Assembly: GCA_031549565.1 (NCBI GenBank)
Contig: JAVBPO010000054.1
Coordinates: 20,322 to 84,321 of the forward strand
Origin: Thermoguttaceae bacterium
GTDB lineage: Bacteria; Planctomycetota; Planctomycetia; Pirellulales; Thermoguttaceae
Direction of reading: 5' to 3'
Length of the DNA: 64,000 bases
Numbering within the stretch: position 1 is the stretch's first letter; every line of letters begins with the position of its first letter. The position numbers and the translations under genes were made by a program. The notes beneath the pieces are model-generated. The model had not been told where the DNA came from and ran no database searches. It saw only the letters and a list, made by a program, of their open reading frames with translations. Of this stretch, positions 45,402 through 54,417 are shown one piece after another.

Positions 45402-46403
45402 TTACGCGACGAAATCGTCCCAGAGGCCGTTCAAATCGGCTTCCCGCGGGGTTCCGGCGTAGGCGACGACCCGGTATTGGAATCGAAGCGTTTCGTCTTT
45501 GGCGAGCTTGAGCGGCTCCTTGAACCACAGGTGCGGCATCGGCGAGATGTTTCCGTAATCCCGGGTGAACCAAGGGCAATCCTTGAACGCCGGATGCGGG
45601 ACGTCCTTGTGGAGGAGCATCGCGATTCCTTCAACCGTTTCCGGAGTGATTCCTTCCCGTTTTCCATAAAACGTACACCAACGAGCCGGTTTGCCGAGCG
45701 TGTTCGCTTCCGTGGTCTGTCCTTCGCTGTTGAGGAGCGTTCCACCGTTGTTGACGCAAATATCCTGGGAGCAGCGGATCGCGAATAGTGCGTGGTTCGT
45801 GTTCTCGAAACTCACGTCGGTCAGCATTTTCAGGTCGAACTTGCAGTCGATGTAATAATTGCCGTTGGGAAGCAGTTGCAGCTTGAAAGCCCGGGTATCC
45901 TCGATGATCGGATCCTGCCCCGGCTTACTCCACAAACAGCGGTCGTTCAATTCGCCGCTGGTTTCGTCGACGTTTCCGAGCTTGATCCCTTGCGAAACGA
46001 TTTGACCGTTGGCGATCGGCGTCTGCCAATAGTTCCCCCCGTTGACCCGGTCGCAACCGAAGAACAGCGAGCGATGATGCGGCCAGGGAAGTCCGGTTTC
46101 CGAAGTCAAGGACAGTCCGGTTTTCGGGCCCGCGATCGGGAAAAAGTACGGATATTTCTGCGTCGTATGGGCACGATAGCTCGTCAAAGCCGTATTACTC
46201 CGACGGAACCACGCCTGGTGGTCGTCGATGATATAGCCGGTCAAATGCTCGACCGGCGGTTCGCCCCCCGTCGGAGTAAACTCCGCGGCTCGGGATCGGG
46301 CGGCCTCTTGCGCCGGAGCGAACAAAGCGGTGTTTCCGAGCAGACCGATTCCGGCGAGCAGGGATGTTTTTTTGAGAAAATTACGGCGATCAATCTGTTG
46401 CAT
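45402..46403 (-). CDS. DUF6807 / PmoA-like family protein with Tat signal
   Basis: 'MQQIDRRNFLKKTSLLAGIGLLG' is a Tat leader. 'YPYFFPIAGPKTGLSLTSE..LPWPHHRSLFFGCDRVNGGNYWQ' matches the family's HHRS(L/I)(W/F)FG.. signature. Confidence 0.8.
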   Translation of the reverse strand: MQQIDRRNFLKKTSLLAGIGLLGNTALFAPAQEAARSRAAEFTPTGGEPPVEHLTGYIIDDHQAWFRRSNTALTSYRAHTTQKYPYFFPIAGPKTGLSLTSETGLPWPHHRSLFFGCDRVNGGNYWQTPIANGQIVSQGIKLGNVDETSGELNDRCLWSKPGQDPIIEDTRAFKLQLLPNGNYYIDCKFDLKMLTDVSFENTNHALFAIRCSQDICVNNGGTLLNSEGQTTEANTLGKPARWCTFYGKREGITPETVEGIAMLLHKDVPHPAFKDCPWFTRDYGNISPMPHLWFKEPLKLAKDETLRFQYRVVAYAGTPREADLNGLWDDFVA

Positions 46404-46415
46404 GGCGGTAGTGAA

Positions 46416-46510
46416 AGGCTGTAGGCTGTAGGCTGTAGGCTGTAGGCTGTAGGCTGTAGGGAGAAAGGTTTCACCAGAAACTACAGCCTATAGCCTACAG
46501 TCTACAGCCT
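46416..46510. repeat. Heptamer hairpin: AGGCTGT x6.5 facing CTACAGC/CTATAGC x4
   Basis: 46416-46460 and 46481-46510, with a 20-nt loop. The right arm contains the stop codon (CTA 46488-46490, minus strand) and the last codons of the GyrI-like gene. Confidence 0.9.
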
Positions 46511-46973
46511 TCTTTTTCAACGGCACATAAATCTCGAACGCGTCGTTGATGCGCCAATTCGGCGGATACGATTCGAAGCAAGGGGCTTTTTCGTCCAGCG
46601 TGTATTCCGCCTGTTCGCGAATCCACGTTCCATAAACATACATGTACGCTTCGCCGAGCTGTTCCAGGTTCGCAACGGCGCATTTGGCGTACAATCCGGC
46701 GGGGATGTCCACGGTTTCCATTCCGTCGGGAACGGCAATTTGCGGGGATGCTTCGACGGCGGCCCAGTAATCGAAATCGTTTTCATTGAGCATCAGTGAA
46801 ACGCCGTAAGCGCCCTGTCCTCCGCCGGAACAAGCCGGGATTTCGACAATACGCGGGCCGAATGTTCGCCAATTCGACGGGCAGTCGAACTGGGCCTTCT
46901 GCATGGTGGTTCGCACTTTCATGCCGACAAGGCGTTTGGCGGAATATTCGGCAATGGATACGGAAAAACTCAT
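46488..46973 (-). CDS. GyrI-like (AraC effector-binding / SOUL-type) small-molecule-binding protein
   Basis: 161 aa. 'AKRLVGMKVRTTM', 'YWAAVE', 'IPAGLYAKC' and 'FESYPPNW....FEIYVPLKK' are typical of GyrI-like domains. The last 6 codons and the stop lie in a heptamer repeat. Confidence 0.75.
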   Translation of the reverse strand: MSFSVSIAEYSAKRLVGMKVRTTMQKAQFDCPSNWRTFGPRIVEIPACSGGGQGAYGVSLMLNENDFDYWAAVEASPQIAVPDGMETVDIPAGLYAKCAVANLEQLGEAYMYVYGTWIREQAEYTLDEKAPCFESYPPNWRINDAFEIYVPLKKKAVDCRL

Positions 46974-47220
46974 GGTTTTCTATTCAGTCGGGGTTAATGG
47001 GATCTCAACGGTCGATTCCCATTATACCGCTTTTTACGACAGAGTGCGAGATGGTTCTTCCGCGGAGCCGGGTTCACTGGCGGACAAACGGATAATTCGT
47101 TGTAATCATCCCATGTTTCTCAAGTTGACACGAGTTGATTGCCGAAACAAAACTTGAACGCCCCTGAAATCGCAATTCAAGGGTATAATTTCCGAGAGAA
47201 CTTTTTCCCCATAAATCCTC

Positions 47221-47904
47221 ATGATCACTTCTTCGACAGGTAATATGCCGCTGAACAACTTACAAAAAGCGTTTGGGGTCAATCCGGCGAAGACTTCGTT
47301 GTTTGAATCGCGGGATACGGTTGCCGCCCCGGCTCGCAAGCAGGAATCGGACGAATACGCTCCCGCCGCGGTTCCGGAGGAGTCGCAATCGAAATCGACG
47401 ACCATCGATCTTTCCTCGGTGCTCTCGAAACGGACGGCGGCGTCCCCGTCGGACGAAATTTCCGGGAGGATGAACGAGCAGGTTCAAAAGCTGAAGCAGC
47501 GACTCCTGGAAGATAAAATCACGGGCGAGCTGGAGAAAATCGGTATCACGCTCGGGCCCGGCGATTATCTCAGTTTCAAAATCGACGCAAGCGGCACGAT
47601 CAACGTCTGGACGGACTATTCGCATCTTGAGAATCACGAACTTACCGCCGCTGCTCCGTATATCGAAAACGCGCTGAACGAAACGAAATTCGACGACAAA
47701 CCGCTCGGCGAGGCGCTTTTGGAGTATTTCGCGGAAACAAGCGACGTCGACTTGGAAGAAGCACGACAGGAAGAAGGGTTCTACGCCTCTTTCACACTTC
47801 GACACGACGCGAAAACCGGGCTAACCGAAATCGAAAGCATCCATTTCGGACACGAGCTCTTGAAAGAACTCGTTTCTTTCAAATCAGAGCCGCTTACAAA
47901 GTAA
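47221..47904 (+). CDS. Hypothetical protein
   Basis: 227-aa ORF with protein-like composition and no recognisable motif. The last ~7 codons and the stop are inside a MITE-like element arm. Confidence 0.6.
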   Translation: MITSSTGNMPLNNLQKAFGVNPAKTSLFESRDTVAAPARKQESDEYAPAAVPEESQSKSTTIDLSSVLSKRTAASPSDEISGRMNEQVQKLKQRLLEDKITGELEKIGITLGPGDYLSFKIDASGTINVWTDYSHLENHELTAAAPYIENALNETKFDDKPLGEALLEYFAETSDVDLEEARQEEGFYASFTLRHDAKTGLTEIESIHFGHELLKELVSFKSEPLTK

Positions 47905-47983
47905 GCGGTGTTCGAGTCGATAGTATCGCGACATTTTCGTCGGATAAACCACAATACCGCTTACTACGTGCGCGGCTCTGATT
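47882..47983. mobile_element. MITE/REP-like palindromic element, copy 1 (left arm diverged)
   Basis: The right arm ATACCGCTTACTACGTGCGCGGCTCTGATT (47954-47983) is identical to the right arm of copy 2. The spacer is related to the copy 2 spacer in reverse orientation (TGTGGTTTA... / ...ACTCGAA). Confidence 0.65.
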
Positions 47984-48008
47984 GTCGCAACACCATCAAA
48001 TCCAACAG

Positions 48009-49085
48009 ATGTCCATTCGCATCATTTACGGAACGAACGCGGCGGAGATGACATACGCGCTGCTCAAGGACGCCGGTGTCGAAAAAGCGCTTCCGGTCGA
48101 CGGGAATATCGTGCTCAAACCGAACTTGGTCGTTGCCAAACCCGCCGCCGAAGGGGCGACAACACACCCGGAAATCGTCGAAGGACTCCTCGGGTTTCTC
48201 AAGGATCACGGTTGCGCAAAAATCGCGATCGCGGAAGGTTCCTGGCTCGGCGAAACGACCGATCGGACGTTTGAGCGATGCGGATACAAAGCTCTGGCGA
48301 AAAAGTTCGGCGTGAATCTTTTCGACACGAAAAAGGACGAAGTCGTTCGTAAGAATACGCCGGAAGGAACATTCGCCGTTTGTCGGACGATTGCCGAGTC
48401 GGATTACCTGGTTAATCTCCCCGTTCTCAAAGGGCATTGCCAAACGACGTTGACTTGCTGTTTGAAAAACATGAAAGGATGTATTCCCGACGGCGAGAAA
48501 CGGCGGTATCACACGATCGGCTTGCATCGTCCGATCGCGGTACTGAACACGATTCTCAAGCCGAATCTGCATCTGGTCGACGCGATCTGCGGCGATCCGA
48601 CGTTCGAGGAAGGGGGCAATCCGGTCGTCTCGAACCGTATCCTGCTCGGGACCGATCCGGTGCTGCTTGATTCCTACGGCGCGGCGCTGCTCGGATATGA
48701 ACCGAACGAAATCGATTACCTGCGGTTTGCCGCCGAATACGGCCTCGGACGGCTGTTCGACGAGACAGCGACCGTTCGGGAATTGAACGTCGAAAACCGT
48801 CCGAAAACGAACCTGACAGGACAGGGAAATCTGGTCAAACGCTTGGCCGGATACGTCGAGGAGCGAAACGCCTGTTCGGCATGTTATGCCGCGTTGATTT
48901 TCGCCCTGAACAAAACAGGCGTCCGGCCCAAAAACGGCAAAATCAAGATAGGCCAAGCGTTTCGCGGAAAAACGTGTGAAGGTTTCGGCGTCGGAAACTG
49001 CACTTCCGGTTGCACTGAATTCGTCCCCGGCTGTCCTCCTACCGCTGCGGAAATCGCCGCCCGACTCACAAATTTTAAACTTTAA
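48009..49085 (+). CDS. DUF362 domain-containing protein
   Basis: Start at MSIRII (ATG 48009). 'IVLKPNLV', 'THPEIVEGL' and 'NLPVLKGHCQTTLTCCLKNMKGC' match the DUF362 core. Cys-rich C-terminus. Confidence 0.75.
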   Translation: MSIRIIYGTNAAEMTYALLKDAGVEKALPVDGNIVLKPNLVVAKPAAEGATTHPEIVEGLLGFLKDHGCAKIAIAEGSWLGETTDRTFERCGYKALAKKFGVNLFDTKKDEVVRKNTPEGTFAVCRTIAESDYLVNLPVLKGHCQTTLTCCLKNMKGCIPDGEKRRYHTIGLHRPIAVLNTILKPNLHLVDAICGDPTFEEGGNPVVSNRILLGTDPVLLDSYGAALLGYEPNEIDYLRFAAEYGLGRLFDETATVRELNVENRPKTNLTGQGNLVKRLAGYVEERNACSACYAALIFALNKTGVRPKNGKIKIGQAFRGKTCEGFGVGNCTSGCTEFVPGCPPTAAEIAARLTNFKL

Positions 49086-49393
49086 GGGATTTGGGTAAAA
49101 AAACCAAACTTTGCCGAAAAACTATGTTATACTTTCCGGGTGCGGTTTCAGATTGGGATTGATTCGCTCCGGACATTACGGTAATATCCGGAATCGGGGT
49201 GGTGTGTTTTCGGTCGACGGCAGCGGTTAAGCCGGGATGCTGGTTTTTGTTGGGCCGAATGATCGCCTTTCCCCCAGTTCCTTTGTTTTTACCGCACTGG
49301 CGTTTCGCTTTGGTCGAAAGAAAAGATGACCTTACGTCGCGTCGGAGCATCATTGCCGGGAAAGGCAAGCATTTTATCAGGGAAGGTCGACCG

Positions 49394-49786
49394 ATGAAGT
49401 TAAAACAATTTTGGTCCGTTTTGCTGATGTCCGTCCTGATCGTATCGGTTAGTGCGGTTTTAACGTATGTGCGAGACGAAGTTTTTGCACAAGGACAATA
49501 TAATTCGCAAGGCGGCTTGCCGACCATTAATGTTCCCATCCAAACCCAGACGCCGAAATGGTTGGTCAGTTTTGAAAAACTGGAAGACCAAAACGTCGAA
49601 CAAGTGATCATCGTCGATCCGGAAACCCAGCGAATCGGGGTTTACCGGGTCGGTTTGGACAACGGAGAAATCCGTTTGGCAAATATACGGCATATTAACG
49701 CCGATTTGCAGTTGCGGGCTTACGATTGCGTTGATGTTTACCCGCAGCAAATCGAAAAGCATTTTCAAACCAAGAGCAGTCCGTAA
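49394..49786 (+). CDS. Small secreted hypothetical protein
   Basis: Start at MKLKQFW (ATG 49394) gives a clean signal peptide 'LLMSVLIVSVSAVL'. 130 aa. Confidence 0.55.
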   Translation: MKLKQFWSVLLMSVLIVSVSAVLTYVRDEVFAQGQYNSQGGLPTINVPIQTQTPKWLVSFEKLEDQNVEQVIIVDPETQRIGVYRVGLDNGEIRLANIRHINADLQLRAYDCVDVYPQQIEKHFQTKSSP

Positions 49787-49863
49787 TCGGTCGAAACCCG
49801 TGTGGTCTTTCGGAACCGGCTTCGGGCGGATGGTTTCAACAGAGATTTAGCGAGGTTTTTTCC

Positions 49864-50931
49864 ATGGCTCAAGAATACTACACCCTTGAACGGGCCGCCG
49901 AAGTTCTCAAAATTTCGACCGGTGAAGTCAACCGGATGCGGGAACAAAGTCAACTTCGAGCTTTCCGGGACGGTTCCAACTGGAAATTCCGCAAGGAAGA
50001 TGTGGAAGAAGCTCTTGCGGCCATGATCCGAAAGAAGAATCAGGTCGAAGAGGAGGAAGAAGATGTTCTGACCTTCGGTTTGGTCGACGAAAACGAAAGC
50101 GACGAACTCCCGACGCTCATGGCCGACACAAATATGGGCAGAGTGGCCGAGGCCGACGACCTTTCGCTCGACGATGGGCTCTCGCTTGCTGACGAAGATT
50201 CGGATATGGGAATCGGGCTGGAGCTCGACGAAACCATTGATCACGATTCGAAACCGACCGATCGGGTCGATCTTGCCCAACCGGGCCCGAAACTTGAGGA
50301 GGACGATGAACTCGTTCTCGGCGGAAGCAGCGATTTGAATCTTTCCGGCGACAGCGGCCTTTCGCTGGCCGATGAAGAAGGGAACGATTTCGCGTTTAAT
50401 CCTTCGGACGACGACGCGGCTTTGGAATTGGACGAAGACAGCGACATTCTCGCTTTAGCCGATTCCGAGGAGCACTCGGAAGTCCCCACATTGCTCGCCG
50501 ACGGCGGCGATGGGAACGAATTTGACCTGATCGCCGACGCTGACGATTCCGATGATTCGGAAAGCTCTTCGCAGGTGATCGCGTTGGAAGATGAATCTCC
50601 CTTCGGGATGGAAGAGATTCCCGACTTGGGAGGAAGCGGGTTTTCGGAAATGCCCGCCGCGAGTTCCGATTTTGGCGAAGCCGCTCCGCTGTCGTCCTCA
50701 ACCGCGGCGGCGTACTCCTCAAAACCGCAAGCCGCTCCGGGACCTTCGCCGTTTGAAGCGAATTACTCCGGCGGCTGGGTGACGGCGATGGGCCTGCTTT
50801 GCATCGTTCCGGTCGGCATGGCCGGAATTATGGTGTACGACCTCGTCCGAAACATCTGGAGCTGGAACCAACCGGCTCTGTTGTCCAGTCCGCTGATGAA
50901 CATGATCGCGGGAATGCTCGGTTGGAAATAA
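49864..50931 (+). CDS. Excisionase/MerR-type HTH protein with long acidic low-complexity region and C-terminal TM anchor
   Basis: 'YYTLERAAEVLKISTGEVNRMREQSQLRAFRDGSNWKFRKEDV' is an HTH_17-like domain. It is followed by ~230 aa of D/E/S/L-rich sequence and the C-terminal hydrophobic 'WVTAMGLLCIVPVGMAGIMVY'. Confidence 0.75.
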   Translation: MAQEYYTLERAAEVLKISTGEVNRMREQSQLRAFRDGSNWKFRKEDVEEALAAMIRKKNQVEEEEEDVLTFGLVDENESDELPTLMADTNMGRVAEADDLSLDDGLSLADEDSDMGIGLELDETIDHDSKPTDRVDLAQPGPKLEEDDELVLGGSSDLNLSGDSGLSLADEEGNDFAFNPSDDDAALELDEDSDILALADSEEHSEVPTLLADGGDGNEFDLIADADDSDDSESSSQVIALEDESPFGMEEIPDLGGSGFSEMPAASSDFGEAAPLSSSTAAAYSSKPQAAPGPSPFEANYSGGWVTAMGLLCIVPVGMAGIMVYDLVRNIWSWNQPALLSSPLMNMIAGMLGWK

Positions 50932-50943
50932 AAAAGCCGACGG

Positions 50944-50979
50944 AATCGGAGCGCGGCCCAGAACGGCCGCACTCCGATT
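50944..50979. terminator. Bidirectional hairpin terminator between convergent genes
   Basis: AATCGGAGCGCGGCC (50944-50958) / GGCCGCACTCCGATT (50965-50979) form a 15-bp stem with one G-U pair. An A-run precedes it. Confidence 0.6.
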
Positions 50980-50991
50980 GCCTTCTCGCGA

Positions 50992-52176
50992 TTATTTTCT
51001 CTTGGCGTAAGAGTGGTTGTATTTCGATCCGCCGCTGCCGTTGTTGACGTATTTTTGCGTCAACTCTTCCTCGGGCTCCGATTTCGTATCCCGCTCTTCG
51101 CCGCGGTCGGATTTCTTCTCGTCGGACGCGGTTGCGTTGCCGTCGTCCGAGGAACCGCCGAGTTTCTTCGTCGTGTATTCGTACCGCCCGAAAATCATTC
51201 GTCCGGCGCTGGTCTGAAGAACGCTGGTCACGGTCACGATCGCCCGCTCGGCCAAGTGAGCCCGACCGTTGTCGACCACGACCATCGTTCCATCGTCGAG
51301 GTAGCCGATTCCCTGGTTGATTTCTTCGCCGTTTTTGACGATTTCCACGTCCAGCTTTTCGCCCGGCAAAAAGACCGGCTTGAGTGCTCCGGCCAGATCG
51401 TTCAGGTTGATCACGTCAACCCCTTGCAGTTTGGCGACTTTGTTGAGGTTGTAATCGTTGGTCACCAATTTCCCTTCGATATGTTTCGCGAGAGCGACCA
51501 GTTTCAAATCGACCGGCTGACCTTTGAACTCCGGCAAATCGGTGTCGTCGATCTGCAAATCGACCCCTTTCATCTTTTGCAATCGGTTCAGAATGTCCAG
51601 CCCGCGACGTCCCCGGGTCCGGCGGCCCCGGTCGGAACTGTCGGCAATCCGCTGCAATTCGATGATCGCGAAGCGCGGCATGATCAAACGGCTGTCGATG
51701 ATCATCGTTTCCATCACGTCGGCGATTCGCCCGTCGATCACGACGCTCGTGTCGAGGATCAGCGGACGGTTTCCACGCAGATTCTTCTGGAACTCGACGT
51801 AGGGAATGATAAAACGGAAGTCGTTTCGTGTTTGAAACAACATACTCACGCAGAGGTAACAAACCGGCAACCCGATCACGAGCATGATCGCCCGGCGTAT
51901 CACGATTTGTTGGTCGTCGTTCTGGGATTCAAACAACGGAAAAAACGCGAGACTCAACGCGTAAGTCAATACCAAGCCGACAAGCAGTCCGAAATAGACC
52001 GAGGAAACCCAATCGACTTTCTTGTTCGGAATCAGGGCGTCCGTTCCGATAATAATCAGTGCAAGGACCAAAAGTCCGAAAAACCCGAGAATTCCCGCCG
52101 GCGTATTCCCGGCGATATAGACTCCCACCCCGCTGGCCGCGAGGATGAAAAAACAACGTAAAATTAATAAACTCAT
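50992..52176 (-). CDS. Membrane-anchored PIN/TRAM-domain protein (YacL-like)
   Basis: Four N-terminal TM helices, PIN 'LILDTSVVIDGRIADV...ELQRIADS', TRAM-like 'GEKLDVEIVKNGEEINQGIGYLDDGTMVVVDNG'. Confidence 0.85.
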   Translation of the reverse strand: MSLLILRCFFILAASGVGVYIAGNTPAGILGFFGLLVLALIIIGTDALIPNKKVDWVSSVYFGLLVGLVLTYALSLAFFPLFESQNDDQQIVIRRAIMLVIGLPVCYLCVSMLFQTRNDFRFIIPYVEFQKNLRGNRPLILDTSVVIDGRIADVMETMIIDSRLIMPRFAIIELQRIADSSDRGRRTRGRRGLDILNRLQKMKGVDLQIDDTDLPEFKGQPVDLKLVALAKHIEGKLVTNDYNLNKVAKLQGVDVINLNDLAGALKPVFLPGEKLDVEIVKNGEEINQGIGYLDDGTMVVVDNGRAHLAERAIVTVTSVLQTSAGRMIFGRYEYTTKKLGGSSDDGNATASDEKKSDRGEERDTKSEPEEELTQKYVNNGSGGSKYNHSYAKRK

Positions 52177-52485
52177 GATAATAAATAATCGTTAACCACG
52201 GAAACTGCTCCGTGTATGTTTGCGGCGGGGCTTGCCCCACGTTATGAAATGGCAATAATCCAGAATAAGAAAAGGCAAACGCGCCCACACTTTATCAAAT
52301 TGTAGCAGACAAACGCTGTTTCAACACCCCCGAAACGGAGTAAAAAATCCAACGACAACACTTCGTAACAAAACCATCTGCCGTGTTCGGGGTTGAAATC
52401 ATCGTTGGGTTCGAGTGAAAAACACATTCACTTGGACGGAATCCCTGATTGAATACGTTGTTCTTGTCAAGTTGAGAGGTTTTTC

Positions 52486-53385
52486 ATGAAAAAACGAGCA
52501 AATTTACTGATTTTGGCCTTCTTTTTTATCGCTTGTGCGAGTTTTGCACTTGCGCAACCCGGCGGTGGGCAAGGTCGAGGACCAGGGGGCCCCGGCGGAC
52601 CGGGACGCGGTCCCGGTGGCGGACCGATGATGGGCGGCGGCCCCGGCATGGCCGCTTTGTTCAGTGAAGAAGGACGAAAAGACATCGGTTTGTCCGACAA
52701 ACAGGTCCAGGACATTCAAAACGCTTTCCGCAGCATGCGCCCGGAACCGGGCGAGAGATTCCCCGGACCGGATGCGACGGAGGCGGAACGCAAAGAATTC
52801 ATGGAGAGAATGGGAAAACGGTTCGGCGAAACGATCAAAAAGGTCGAGGGTGTGATGACCAAAGAGCAACTCGAAAAATCGCGTGTCCGCTCTTTTCAAG
52901 CCGGTGGTGGGTTCGCGGGTGTCGCGATGAATCCTTTCGCCCAGTCGGCGCTGAACTTGACCGATGATCAAAGGGCGAAAATCGGCGATTTCCAGAAAGA
53001 GATGGGCGAAAAAATGAGGAAATTCTTTGAAGAGAATCGTCCTTCCGGTCCGCCCGAGCAAATGTCGCAAGAGGAGCGTCAAGCATTTTTTGGGAAAATG
53101 CAGAAATTCAACGAAGAAAACCGTCAGGAAATGGAAGGGAAAATCAAGGGAATCCTGACCGACGACCAAAAGAAGCAGGGGGACAAGATGCTCAGCGAGA
53201 CGCCGGAATATATCAAGGAAGCGATCGAACGCGGCCCCGGTGGCCCCGGTGGACCGGGACGTGGTCCTGGCCGCGGTGAATACCGTCCCGGCGCGGATTC
53301 CTGGCGTCCCGGCCAGGGCGCCCCTCCGGGAGGAGACTCCGGTGAAGCGCAGCCGAAAAGTCGATTTCCCGGCAGAAGAAACTAA
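52486..53385 (+). CDS. Periplasmic LTXXQ-motif (Spy/CpxP-like) protein with Gly/Pro-rich termini
   Basis: Signal peptide. Motifs 'LSDKQVQDI', 'LTDDQRAKI' and 'LTDDQKKQG'. 'GPGGPGGPGRGPG' occurs near both the N- and C-terminus. Confidence 0.75.
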   Translation: MKKRANLLILAFFFIACASFALAQPGGGQGRGPGGPGGPGRGPGGGPMMGGGPGMAALFSEEGRKDIGLSDKQVQDIQNAFRSMRPEPGERFPGPDATEAERKEFMERMGKRFGETIKKVEGVMTKEQLEKSRVRSFQAGGGFAGVAMNPFAQSALNLTDDQRAKIGDFQKEMGEKMRKFFEENRPSGPPEQMSQEERQAFFGKMQKFNEENRQEMEGKIKGILTDDQKKQGDKMLSETPEYIKEAIERGPGGPGGPGRGPGRGEYRPGADSWRPGQGAPPGGDSGEAQPKSRFPGRRN

Positions 53386-53391
53386 CGATTG

Positions 53392-54417
53392 ATGCAACGA
53401 CGTGATTTTTTCCGGTCGTTCCGTAAAGAGGAGCCCCAGGGGTGGGAGCAGGCCCCGCCCCCGGTTCCGCTCCTCGCGATCAGTCGCGACGCAATGGCGG
53501 GAGAGTTCGAAATTTCGTTCGATAAAGCGCTCTCTCCGTGGGGCGCCGGGGTCGCTTTGGACGCGTTGGACGAAATCCAGCGATTGGAGCGAAAGCTATC
53601 CGTTTTTCTTCCCGACTCGCAAATTTCTTACATCAATAAAGTCGCCCCGTTTTCCCCGGTTCCGCTCGACGACGAATTGTTTGAGCTGATTCGGCTCTGT
53701 CTGGAATTAAGCGAACAGACCGGCGGAGCGATCGATATCACCAGTACGCCGCTTTGGCAGCTCTGGGGATTCGCCGATAAAAACGTACGGATTCCCACCG
53801 AAAAGGAAATCGCGGATGCTCTCGAATGTGTCGGTTTCAAAATGGTGGAGTTGGACGAGTCGGCCCGCACGATCCGCTTGGCCAAGCCCGGCGTTACGCT
53901 GAATTTCGGTTGCGCTGGAAAAGGATTCGCCCTGGATTCCGCGGCCCGGATTCTCGAAGCCGCCGAAATGCACCATTTTCAATTCCACGGCGGACTGAGC
54001 AGCGTCCTGGCCCGGGGCGATTTTCAGGCTCCCGACAAAGGCTGGTCGATCGGGGTTGCGCATCCGGCGTATCCCGGCAAACGGCTCGCGGAAATCCGAC
54101 TGCTCGACGAATCGCTCGGAACCTCCGGTTCGCAGAAGCAGTTTTTCATGCACAATAATCGCCGCTTCGGACACATTCTCGACCCGCGAACCGGTTATCC
54201 TTCGGAGCAAACGCTCATGGTCACGGTCGTCGCGAAATCGGCGATTCTTGCCGACGTCCTGTCCACAGCGTTTTTCGTCATGACGCCGGGGGAGGTCGAA
54301 GCGTTCTGCGCCGACCGAGCCGACGTGTGTGCCCTGCTGGTCGTTGCAACGGAAAAGCACCCCGGCTTCGAGGTCCTCGCTTTTGGGTTTTCCGAGGAGA
54401 AGATAGAATGGTGTTGA
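53392..54417 (+). CDS. apbE: FAD:protein FMN transferase (ApbE family)
   Basis: 'MQRRDFFRS' is a Tat-type leader. 'GGAIDITSTPLWQLWGF', 'NFGCAGKGFALD', 'LGTSGSQKQFF' and 'GHILDPRTGYP'. Confidence 0.85.
   Translation: MQRRDFFRSFRKEEPQGWEQAPPPVPLLAISRDAMAGEFEISFDKALSPWGAGVALDALDEIQRLERKLSVFLPDSQISYINKVAPFSPVPLDDELFELIRLCLELSEQTGGAIDITSTPLWQLWGFADKNVRIPTEKEIADALECVGFKMVELDESARTIRLAKPGVTLNFGCAGKGFALDSAARILEAAEMHHFQFHGGLSSVLARGDFQAPDKGWSIGVAHPAYPGKRLAEIRLLDESLGTSGSQKQFFMHNNRRFGHILDPRTGYPSEQTLMVTVVAKSAILADVLSTAFFVMTPGEVEAFCADRADVCALLVVATEKHPGFEVLAFGFSEEKIEWC

Noticed and set aside
49086-49393. The 308-nt spacer upstream of the small secreted-protein gene as a possible structured ncRNA or riboswitch (SRP, 6S, tmRNA-like).
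   Set aside because: I found only a short local hairpin (CCGGA-C-ATTAC-G-GTAAT-A-TCCGG) and no conserved ncRNA signature that I can recognise by eye. An Rfam/Infernal scan would be needed.
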